Shown in pieces: positions 38,407 to 46,511 of a DNA stretch of 64,000 bases; the stretch's first letter is position 1; every line of letters starts with the position of its first letter. The DNA comes from a virus. The notes beneath the pieces were generated by a model that worked only from the letters and a program-made list of their open reading frames with translations, ran no database searches and was not told the DNA's origin. The stretch lies in IMG/VR virus record IMGVR_UViG_3300022935_000010, positions 1 to 64,000 of that record; one strand, 5' to 3'. Made by a program: the position numbers and the translations under genes.

Positions 38407-38434
38407 GAAACTTAAGGCTCTTTTTTCTGTACAA
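38407..38434 (+). promoter_or_regulatory. Putative ECF-type promoter GAAAC-N18-TACAA
   Basis: Recurring motif. Confidence 0.65.
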
Positions 38435-38451
38435 GGATAAAGAGCTTTTTT

Positions 38452-39399
38452 ATGATAGACCAACTCCTTACTGAGAAGTTAAGACCGAAAGAAATTAGAC
38501 ACATGATCCTCCCTGATAGGATCCGGTCTTTATTTGATAATAAGGGACTAAATCACAATGTACTTTTAGCAGGATCTCCTGGATGTGGGAAAACCACTCT
38601 GGCAAAGATACTTTCGAACGGTCTCCCGCACATCTTTATAAATGTTTCTGATGAGAGTTCAGTAGACACTATCAGAACAAAGATAAATGACTTTTGTTCC
38701 ACCATGAGCATTATGGATGGTAAGTCTTCTAAAAAGGTTGTTGTCCTTGATGAGTTTGATGGTGCTTCCGATCAATTTTATAAGGCTCTTAGAGGTACAA
38801 TAGAAAAATTTGCTTCTAATACAAGGTTCATAGCTACTTGTAATTGGCTCAATAAAGTACCAGATGCTATACAAAGCAGATTTGAGGTAATTAACTTTGA
38901 TCCGATAAATCAAGCGGAGGAAGAGAAGATACGGACAGAATGGAGATCCCGAATCAAGCTAATTCTGGGCAAACTTTCTATTTCAATAGATGATGCTTCA
39001 CTTGATGAGTTTGAGAAGGAGTACTTCCCAGATCTTAGATCTTCTCTTAACCGTATTCAATCTTGGGTGATTGAGGGAGTTAAAGAGATAGATATATCAA
39101 GGGTACGAGATTCTGGATGGTCTTACGAGGATCTTTATAATATGATATTTACATCTAAAGATCCAATAGGAAATTACCAAATAATCGTTGGTCAATACTC
39201 ATCAAAGGTTGATGACGTAATGGCAGCACTCGGGGAGGAGTTTATTCAATGGATTATGAAGAATAAATCATCTCACTCAAATATCGTACCTGCTGTGGTA
39301 GTTGAGGTTGCTCATCATCAGGCCCAAAGACAGTTGGTAATAGATCCTGTTGTTAGTTTACTTTCCCTCATTTTTAAGATACAAAAATTTATAGACTAA
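38452..39399 (+). CDS. Sliding clamp loader AAA+ subunit (T4 gp44-like)
   Basis: EKLRP, GSPGCGKTT, VLDEFD, FIATCN, IQSRF. Confidence 0.92.
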   Translation: MIDQLLTEKLRPKEIRHMILPDRIRSLFDNKGLNHNVLLAGSPGCGKTTLAKILSNGLPHIFINVSDESSVDTIRTKINDFCSTMSIMDGKSSKKVVVLDEFDGASDQFYKALRGTIEKFASNTRFIATCNWLNKVPDAIQSRFEVINFDPINQAEEEKIRTEWRSRIKLILGKLSISIDDASLDEFEKEYFPDLRSSLNRIQSWVIEGVKEIDISRVRDSGWSYEDLYNMIFTSKDPIGNYQIIVGQYSSKVDDVMAALGEEFIQWIMKNKSSHSNIVPAVVVEVAHHQAQRQLVIDPVVSLLSLIFKIQKFID

Positions 39400-39689
39400 T
39401 GGATTTATTACCAGAAGAGATTCGAAAAAACACTTACCTCTATAAGTTTTATAAAAGAGGTGAAAAAGCCATTATGTATGAGCAAACAGAACCAGATAGT
39501 GGTATTACTGTTGCTTACGAGGTATTTAAAAGAAAAATAGATAAGCCAAAGATTGTTTTTGGAATTCAGCTCAATGAAAGGGAGATATTCCCAGGTAACG
39601 AGGATTTTGGTAAATGGGCTTGGGCAATTTCTGACGAGGGTAGAGCCTTAGAAAAGTTTGATTTGATAGAGAACCAAGTGGATGAATAA
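39399..39689 (+). CDS. Hypothetical protein
   Basis: 96-aa ORF translationally coupled. Confidence 0.65.
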   Translation: MDLLPEEIRKNTYLYKFYKRGEKAIMYEQTEPDSGITVAYEVFKRKIDKPKIVFGIQLNEREIFPGNEDFGKWAWAISDEGRALEKFDLIENQVDE

Positions 39690-40026
39690 ACAGGGTTTAA
39701 TATTTTTTTTAATTATTGCTTTAGCACAGTCGGGAGCTTGGTTCCAACAATTTTCTCAAGTTAGGTGGGATTGGTTTAGAAACAACACCTGGTTTAACAT
39801 TGGGATTTTAGGAATTGTCCTATCTATACTTTTTGTCTATGGAGCTAGAGTAGGATACGCAGCATGGGAAAGTGTGTGGAAAGTAAGATTAATACAATTC
39901 TCTATCGGTGCTTTTGTTGTTTCTTTTTGGAGTTGGATAATCTTAGGTGAGGGTGTCAATTTAAAAACATTTGTTTGCCTTTTACTAGCTTTAATGATTA
40001 TCATCATACAGGTTTTTTGGAAATAA
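39682..40026 (+). CDS. Small four-TM membrane protein (SMR/EamA-like topology)
   Basis: 114 aa, four hydrophobic helices, ILGEGVN motif. Confidence 0.6.
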   Translation: MNKQGLIFFLIIALAQSGAWFQQFSQVRWDWFRNNTWFNIGILGIVLSILFVYGARVGYAAWESVWKVRLIQFSIGAFVVSFWSWIILGEGVNLKTFVCLLLALMIIIIQVFWK

Positions 40027-40027
40027 T

Positions 40028-40549
40028 ATGAAGAGACTTATAATAGTTGGTAAAGGTGGCTCTGGTAAGGATCACTTAAGAAAAATACTACAGGGAAGGG
40101 GACTTAGGTATTGTGTTTCCCACACCACTAGGCCCCCAAGGGAAGGAGAGGTAAGCGGTAAAGATTATCATTTTATATCTTCAGATACCGCACATCAGGA
40201 GTTTATTAGATCTGGTAATTACTATGAATACGTAATTTTTAACGGGTGGATTTATCTTACCTCCCTGGATGAATTCAATGCTAGTAACCTGTTTATTATG
40301 ACCCCCTCTGGACTTCTTTCTATGAAGCCTGCGGATAGAAAAGAATCCGTTGTACTATACTTAGATATTGATGAAAAAACAAGGAGATCTAGGTTATCTA
40401 AAAGGAATGATGCAGATAAGCTCGAAAGGAGATTAGAAGCTGATTATAATGACTTTGAGGATTTTATTGATTATGATTTTAGAATTACAGACCCTTATTT
40501 TAAGGATATTGGTGAATTTGGAAATTTAAATTTTTATAGAAATGATTAA
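40028..40549 (+). CDS. Guanylate kinase-like
   Basis: GKGGSGKD, VSHTTRPPREGEVSGKDYHF. Confidence 0.88.
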   Translation: MKRLIIVGKGGSGKDHLRKILQGRGLRYCVSHTTRPPREGEVSGKDYHFISSDTAHQEFIRSGNYYEYVIFNGWIYLTSLDEFNASNLFIMTPSGLLSMKPADRKESVVLYLDIDEKTRRSRLSKRNDADKLERRLEADYNDFEDFIDYDFRITDPYFKDIGEFGNLNFYRND

Positions 40550-41678
40550 TATACTTATAGATGGCAATTATATCTTCCATAAGACCTTTGGTGTTTTTGG
40601 TGGATATGGAAATAAGAATCCCATGGATATCCTCGGAACTTCCAATGAGCAATCCATGTTCATTCGCAAGATTTCAACTGATCTTACATCTTCTTTAAGA
40701 TCTATCCCAACTGGTGGTAGGTTAGTTTTTGCTGCTGATAGTAGAAGCTGGAGGAAGGATGTTGAGATTGAGGGTGGTGGTTATAAATCTAATAGGGTAA
40801 AGGACGAAGAGGTTGACTGGAGCGTATTTTTTAACCTCCTTACTTCTTACGGGGAACATTTGGAAAAAATGGGATTTATTTTTTCTAAGGTAAATGGAGC
40901 TGAAGGTGACGATTTGTTATATTTCTGGGCTGATTATCTAACCTCGAAGGGTGAAAATTGTATCATAATCTCTGGTGACAAAGATCTACATCAGCTTGCA
41001 AGGTGGAAGCAAGACAATTGGACAATTGTGTGGAACGCTAATTCCAAAAATAATATACTCTCAGTTCCCAAAGGGTGGGAAGAGAAATGGTTAAATAAGA
41101 ACTCTGAGGCATCTGTTTTTGACATGGGAAGCATAATGGACCCAGATAAGGAAAAGCTTAAGGAGTTTAAAAAGAAGGTGGATGTTAATGAGATATCCCC
41201 CCGGGATTTTGTTTTTGTAAAGATGCTCGTTGGTGATAAAGGAGATGCAGTACCTGGTATTTGGGAGGTAAAAAATGGTTCTAGAATCCAGAGGGTTACC
41301 CCAAAAAAGGCAGAAGTTGTATTGGAATCCTTGCAAACCACTAAGTGGGCAAAGCTGCCTTTTTCTTATTTAATTGACGATGATGAATTTTTGGAATGGA
41401 CTGCTGGATATTGCATTAGGTTACTGAAGGATATAGACAGTAAGGAAAACAGGGAGAAAGCAGCTAACAACCTAAGGAGAAACTATAAACTTATGTGGCT
41501 GGATAAAACTGTTATACCCTCTGAAGTTATTAGTGGAACTATAGAGGAGCTAAAGAGAGGAATATCCTTGGAGAAAAAGTCTATAACGTTAGACAGGGTT
41601 AAGATAATTGAAGGGACAAATTGGGTAAGTTCCCAAAATGCTCCCAGCCAGTTTGACCCATTTAAAGACTTTAATTAA
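40542..41678 (+). CDS. 5'-3' exonuclease / RNase H (T4 rnh-like)
   Basis: ILIDGN, YKSNR, EGDD, ISGDKDLHQL, GDKGDAVPG. Confidence 0.88.
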   Translation: MINILIDGNYIFHKTFGVFGGYGNKNPMDILGTSNEQSMFIRKISTDLTSSLRSIPTGGRLVFAADSRSWRKDVEIEGGGYKSNRVKDEEVDWSVFFNLLTSYGEHLEKMGFIFSKVNGAEGDDLLYFWADYLTSKGENCIIISGDKDLHQLARWKQDNWTIVWNANSKNNILSVPKGWEEKWLNKNSEASVFDMGSIMDPDKEKLKEFKKKVDVNEISPRDFVFVKMLVGDKGDAVPGIWEVKNGSRIQRVTPKKAEVVLESLQTTKWAKLPFSYLIDDDEFLEWTAGYCIRLLKDIDSKENREKAANNLRRNYKLMWLDKTVIPSEVISGTIEELKRGISLEKKSITLDRVKIIEGTNWVSSQNAPSQFDPFKDFN

Positions 41679-42103
41679 TGGAGCTTTTTGACGTAGTAAA
41701 AACCATATTCAAAAAAGATCAGGACTGGGATAAGGTTTCTAGAAATGATAAGGTGAGAAATTTTTTCATGATTAATAGGATTATGTCAATCCAGTTCCCG
41801 ATACAGGCAGACCAATTCAATCACACTAAAATCTTACCAAGACCTGTAGTTGATTGGTGGCACGGAACCCTAAGCAAGCACTACACCAAAATTCCAGGAT
41901 GGATATTTACGAAAACTAAAAAAAGCAAAAAAGGTTCGGCTGCTAATACGAACTACGAAGCTTCGCCAGATGTTGAAAAGTTTGTTATGAATAGGTTTGA
42001 AATATCCAGGAGAGAATTAGTGGACCTTAAGAAGTTTTACCCAGAAAAATATCAACAGTGGATGGAATCAATTAAGGAACAATTAGATATGACAAAGAAG
42101 TAG
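41678..42103 (+). CDS. Possible clamp loader small subunit (gp62-like)
   Basis: MELFD, FFMINRIMS pattern; weak. Confidence 0.4.
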   Translation: MELFDVVKTIFKKDQDWDKVSRNDKVRNFFMINRIMSIQFPIQADQFNHTKILPRPVVDWWHGTLSKHYTKIPGWIFTKTKKSKKGSAANTNYEASPDVEKFVMNRFEISRRELVDLKKFYPEKYQQWMESIKEQLDMTKK

Positions 42104-42107
42104 GTTC

Positions 42108-42115
42108 GATATATA
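42108..42115 (+). promoter_or_regulatory. Putative late promoter GATATATA
   Basis: Exact octamer. Confidence 0.7.
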
Positions 42116-42141
42116 ACATATACGCTCCTAATGGACATGAT

Positions 42142-42684
42142 ATGAGAAAGGATTTCAGAAAACTTATAGAAAAGGTAATTCAGAATTTAGACTGGGACAC
42201 AATTTTCGAAATACACAAGGCCTTCAAATTTGGTATTGGTGAAGGGAGTGAGGTAATACCTGGATTGAAAAGAAAGATTTTTAGCGAAGATCTTACAAAA
42301 AATGATGTAAAGAGCGAACTAAAAGCATTGTTAAGATTTGTAATCAATAATGATATTTCTAAGTTTTCTTACGGCCCTTGGATGCTATTCTGGTTTAATC
42401 AAGATTGGGATATAATGTTTGAAGATCCTGAGGTTGATGACCTGACCGAGGCGGAATTGGAGGAATTTAAAGTTGATTCTAGATTGGAGGTAATCTTTTC
42501 TCCCCAAAGGATTTGTTTGACTGTTGATGCTAGACCGGAAGTAAACGGGGATGAGTTATCAAGTGAAGAGGTAATTCTAACAAAAATGCTTAAAAGAGCT
42601 TTAAAATCTGAAAACTATGAACTTGCTGGAAAAATACAGGAAGTCTTGGATTCAAATAATTCTGAGTCAACAACAGATAAATAG
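42142..42684 (+). CDS. Hypothetical protein with C-terminal UVR-like motif
   Basis: LKRALKSENYELAGKIQ resembles UvrB/C coiled-coil motif. Confidence 0.55.
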   Translation: MRKDFRKLIEKVIQNLDWDTIFEIHKAFKFGIGEGSEVIPGLKRKIFSEDLTKNDVKSELKALLRFVINNDISKFSYGPWMLFWFNQDWDIMFEDPEVDDLTEAELEEFKVDSRLEVIFSPQRICLTVDARPEVNGDELSSEEVILTKMLKRALKSENYELAGKIQEVLDSNNSESTTDK

Positions 42685-42702
42685 ATAAAATAAATTCAAA
42701 CC

Positions 42703-43185
42703 TTGAGGTATATTAAAACTATAAATGAATTTTTTGATGTTGGTGTATTTGGTGACACTTATGGATATGGCGGAGCTAATGGTATCTTTAAGGTTCAGTA
42801 TAAACCCTACAAGGATCTTTCAGTTTCTGTTGGTCCTGACCCAAATCAAAAAAGGAATGTAAGAGGGTCTCAATTTCAGGTTGGTGATTTAGTTATAGGT
42901 ATTCCTGTAGATTCCAAAGACAAAGTTGCGGGAATGATCGTAAGGGCGGAAAGAACCCCAGATAACAAGTCCTATAAGTACTTCGTACAGGTTCACTCGA
43001 AAGGTAAAGATAGCGAGGAGGTTTTGGAGCTTATCCCAGACTCCGTTGAATTTATTGATAACGGGGATAAAGGACACAAGCAAATAATATCCCACTTTAA
43101 ACTAGATACTATGCCCTCTGGTGTTTACAATTCTCCTACGGTATACAACAACACTAAGCTTGGAATCGAAGCTATTGGAAGTTAG
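42703..43185 (+). CDS. Hypothetical protein, putative internal head protein
   Basis: YIKTINEF N-terminus; GATAAATA variant at 42676. Confidence 0.6.
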   Translation: MRYIKTINEFFDVGVFGDTYGYGGANGIFKVQYKPYKDLSVSVGPDPNQKRNVRGSQFQVGDLVIGIPVDSKDKVAGMIVRAERTPDNKSYKYFVQVHSKGKDSEEVLELIPDSVEFIDNGDKGHKQIISHFKLDTMPSGVYNSPTVYNNTKLGIEAIGS

Positions 43186-43212
43186 AAACTTTTGATCGTT
43201 TGCCTGCTAAAA
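43185..43212 (+). promoter_or_regulatory. Putative ECF-type promoter GAAAC-N18-TAAAA
   Basis: Recurring motif. Confidence 0.6.
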
Positions 43213-43216
43213 CACT

Positions 43217-44098
43217 TTGATGATACTAGGCAGGAATTTAAATCGGATAGGTTATACTAGCAAGGTAATTGGTCCAAAGACCAAGGACGTGTCTATTTTT
43301 GCCGAAACTGTGTTGGGACTAGTTTCAGAAAATCAAGAAAGAGGCATATCTGTTACCTGTATAGAGGTAGAACAAGGATTCCATCCTTTGGACTTTTCCG
43401 TCATCGAGGACGGTAGCCAGGAATCTGATGTTATCTGGGAAGTTTTCCAATTTTTGAAGTCAAATCGACATCGTCTTTTCTTCTTCCTGCCAAGTTACTA
43501 TTTTTTGGGGAGTCAAATTCCTGAAGTTGTAACTGGCACAAAAGAAGTCTTAAAATCCCTATCTGTATTCCTTGACCAGGTTGGTGTAAGGGAAACGTCT
43601 ATAATTCTTAGGATTGGTAGCGCTTATGGTGCAAGGAAGCCTACTATGGAAAGATTTTGTGATGTGATAGAAGGGCTTGAGAGTTCAATAGGTGAAAAGC
43701 TTTCGGTGTGTAATGACGAGAAGCCAAGCCTTTTTTCTGTAACCGATTTATTAAGTGGGATATTTTACAGGATTGGGATCCCTATAGTTTTTAGATTTTT
43801 ACCACATCAGTTTAATGCTGGTAGCCTTTCTACTAGGGAGGCTTACTTTCTAGCGGTTTCAACTTGGGTTAAAGGAAAGGTACCTATTTTTATGCATTCT
43901 GAATCCTCCGAGGTTGATGAGAATGGTATTTCCCTTTCCCCAGCACCCTCTGATTATCTAAGACATCGAATACCAACTTTTGGTTTAGAAATAGATGTCA
44001 TCATAGATCTCCCAACAGGATTGAATGGGTGTATGCATTACTTGGCTAATTCGATTTCTTTCAAGCCAATGGTAATCAACAAAATTGGAAAGAAATAA
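43217..44098 (+). CDS. UV-damage endonuclease UvdE-like protein with degenerate active site
   Basis: GSAYG.RK.TMERF, NDEKPSLFSV.DL, MHSES, SDY order matches UvdE but several His/Glu/Asp ligands are replaced. Confidence 0.65.
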   Translation: MMILGRNLNRIGYTSKVIGPKTKDVSIFAETVLGLVSENQERGISVTCIEVEQGFHPLDFSVIEDGSQESDVIWEVFQFLKSNRHRLFFFLPSYYFLGSQIPEVVTGTKEVLKSLSVFLDQVGVRETSIILRIGSAYGARKPTMERFCDVIEGLESSIGEKLSVCNDEKPSLFSVTDLLSGIFYRIGIPIVFRFLPHQFNAGSLSTREAYFLAVSTWVKGKVPIFMHSESSEVDENGISLSPAPSDYLRHRIPTFGLEIDVIIDLPTGLNGCMHYLANSISFKPMVINKIGKK

Positions 44099-44117
44099 TT
44101 TTTATTGTACGCTTCCT

Positions 44118-44136
44118 TTGCTTAGTTTTGTCTAAA
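44118..44136 (+). promoter_or_regulatory. Putative Bacteroidota-type promoter, TTGCTTAGTTTTGTCTAAA
   Basis: Near-identical to 37027-37045. Confidence 0.6.
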
Positions 44137-44144
44137 TTCTAAAT

Positions 44145-44939
44145 ATGCCGGAATTAGCTGAATTGAAATTAACCTCGGATTTTGTAAATCTAGCATCTGA
44201 GAATAAAGCCTTTACTCACATTAGTAAGAACCCGGACCACAAGTGGAATGAAATTGACTTTGGTGAGGATTTTACAATAGAATCCCAAAGTAGAGGAAAG
44301 GAAATTAAACTGGTGTTAAGATCTACACAAACAGATAGAACAAGTAATCTAATGATGACTATGGGTATGGGAGGGCATTTTCAATGGGCAAATCCAAGGG
44401 AAAGCATTAAGCACACACATCTTTTTTTCCATGCTAAAAATGGAGGACACCTAGCCTTTGTTGACGTTCGTAGATTTGGTAAATGGAAATGGGGAGATTG
44501 GAATAAAGATAGAGGCCCAGATCCTACCACCGAGTATTTTTTGTTCTGTAACAATATATTGAAGAATTTACATAAACTTGCTTTTGATCATCCTATCTAC
44601 GAGGTTTTAATGAATCAGAGATATTTCAATGGGATTGGGAATTACCTTAGAGCTGAAATATTGTTTCGAATACCCGATGAGGATCCGTTTGTTCCTGCAC
44701 GAGATTACATAAAGAGGAATACATGGGAGCTTTTTGAACTCTGTCGGGACATCCCAATTAAAGTTTATGAAATTGGTGGTGGTACTATAAAGGACTGGAA
44801 AAACCCTTTTGGGGAGGTTTCATCAGTTTCAGATCTTATGTTATGCTATGGAAATCCACATATGCTCAAAATTAAAGACAGAGGTGGGAGGATGTTCTGG
44901 TATGACCCAAAATGGAAAAGAATAGAATATGATAGATAA
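44145..44939 (+). CDS. Fpg/Nei family DNA glycosylase, NEIL1-like (no zinc finger)
   Basis: MPELAE catalytic Pro/Glu, RGKE, FVDVRRFG, NQRYFNGIGNYLRAEIL H2TH. Confidence 0.9.
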   Translation: MPELAELKLTSDFVNLASENKAFTHISKNPDHKWNEIDFGEDFTIESQSRGKEIKLVLRSTQTDRTSNLMMTMGMGGHFQWANPRESIKHTHLFFHAKNGGHLAFVDVRRFGKWKWGDWNKDRGPDPTTEYFLFCNNILKNLHKLAFDHPIYEVLMNQRYFNGIGNYLRAEILFRIPDEDPFVPARDYIKRNTWELFELCRDIPIKVYEIGGGTIKDWKNPFGEVSSVSDLMLCYGNPHMLKIKDRGGRMFWYDPKWKRIEYDR

Positions 44940-45636
44940 AAGAATTTTAGAGAATTGTCTCTTCTTAGATGTTGAGACTGCAACAGGCTGTCCTGATTTT
45001 GAAACCCTGTCTGAGGTGGATCCTAGACTAGCGGAACTTTGGAAAAAGAGAGCAAAATACTACAGAACTGTATACGAGGATATGAACGGACTTGCTACTT
45101 CTGAGATTTATAAAGAAAAAGCAACTCTGGAGCCGGAATTTTCAAAAGTAGTTTGTGTGTCCTTTGGTGTACATCAAGAGAATGGGCAGTTTCGTATGAC
45201 TTCCTTCTACGGAGAGGACGAGGAAGATATTCTCATGAAGACTGCTAAGGTTTTTAATAATGCTCTTGCTAAGAACATGAAGCTCGCAGGACATAATATA
45301 AAGGGCTTTGATATTCCCTGCCTTGGTAAGAGGATGATTTATAAACTAAGTTCTCCTGTGCTTCCACAAAACCTTGTTATTTGGGACAAAAAGCCATGGG
45401 AGATTCCATATTTGGATACGTCGGAGGTTTTCTCATTTGGTAGTTGGTCGCACCAAAAGTACCTTTCACTAGACCTTCTTGCTTGTTCGTTAGGAGTTGA
45501 CTCCCCTAAGGGTGATATGGACGGATCTAAGGTTAGTGAAGCCTACTGGAATGATAGAGATTTTGAAAAGATTAAAGAATATTGTGAAAGGGATGTCCAA
45601 ACCGTAATAGACGTCCTAAACAAAGTAGCAACATAG
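44929..45636 (+). CDS. 3'-5' exonuclease (DnaQ/PolB-like, stand-alone)
   Basis: FLDVET, GHNIKGFDIP, YCERDV. Confidence 0.85.
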   Translation: MIDKRILENCLFLDVETATGCPDFETLSEVDPRLAELWKKRAKYYRTVYEDMNGLATSEIYKEKATLEPEFSKVVCVSFGVHQENGQFRMTSFYGEDEEDILMKTAKVFNNALAKNMKLAGHNIKGFDIPCLGKRMIYKLSSPVLPQNLVIWDKKPWEIPYLDTSEVFSFGSWSHQKYLSLDLLACSLGVDSPKGDMDGSKVSEAYWNDRDFEKIKEYCERDVQTVIDVLNKVAT

Positions 45637-45671
45637 AATTTCCTTTTTCTATTTCCTTCGGGGATTGTTTG

Positions 45672-45679
45672 GATATATA
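45672..45679 (+). promoter_or_regulatory. Putative late promoter GATATATA
   Basis: Exact octamer. Confidence 0.75.
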
Positions 45680-45701
45680 AAGTCCAAATAATCCCTTTTT
45701 T

Positions 45702-46493
45702 GTGGGCGCAGTTTTAGATTTTAACAGATTTGTTTTAAATGAGGATAAGATTGGTTCTTTTTATAACGATGAACTAAATCCAAAGTTCTGGGACAAATAC
45801 AAAAACAAGAATGGTGAAACCCAATGGGTCTTTGATAGGCTAGTAAGAAAAAAGCTGCTTAAGATAGCCGAAGACTTCTATGAAAAATATAGTGATCTAT
45901 TGGGAGACCTACCTATCGAGGATATACAACTCACTGGATCACTAGCTAATTTTAACTATACAGATAAGTCAGATCTTGATGTTCACGTGCTGGTTGACTT
46001 TAATAAGGTAAAGTCAAAACCAGAGATGGTAAAAGCAGCAGTTGATGGTATTAGGTTTGTTTGGAATCTAAGACATGATGTTGTTATTAGAAACCATGAC
46101 GTTGAGCTTTATCTCCAGAATATACACGAGCCACATACAGCTTCTGGCCTTTATTCCCTGCTTAATGATAAGTGGATTAGAAAACCAAAGTTTGATCCCC
46201 CGGAGGTAGACGAGCAAGATGTAAGAAAGAAGTTTGATGGATTAGCATCCGAGATTAATCAAATGGAATCAAAGCTTGTTATTTCTGCATCACTTCCCAA
46301 AGATGCAAAGGAGATGTATAAAAGACTTCTTAGGCTGAAGGAGAAGATACAGAAAATGAGAAAAGACGGACTTTCAAAGGACGGAGAATTCTCGATAGGT
46401 AACCTCGCCTTTAAAATGCTAAGAAACGAGGGATATATAAGTAAGCTCATAGATTTAATTTCAAAAGCTTACGCTAGAATTTATTCAGAGTAA
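45702..46493 (+). CDS. Nucleotidyltransferase (Pol-beta superfamily)
   Basis: LTGSLAN...SDLDVHV signature, DVELY. Confidence 0.8.
   Translation: MGAVLDFNRFVLNEDKIGSFYNDELNPKFWDKYKNKNGETQWVFDRLVRKKLLKIAEDFYEKYSDLLGDLPIEDIQLTGSLANFNYTDKSDLDVHVLVDFNKVKSKPEMVKAAVDGIRFVWNLRHDVVIRNHDVELYLQNIHEPHTASGLYSLLNDKWIRKPKFDPPEVDEQDVRKKFDGLASEINQMESKLVISASLPKDAKEMYKRLLRLKEKIQKMRKDGLSKDGEFSIGNLAFKMLRNEGYISKLIDLISKAYARIYSE
46432..46439 (+). promoter_or_regulatory. Putative late promoter GATATATA
   Basis: Exact octamer inside the 3' end of the NTase gene, 73 nt before the next ATG. Confidence 0.55.
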
Positions 46494-46511
46494 AAACTTT
46501 ATTAGAATAGC

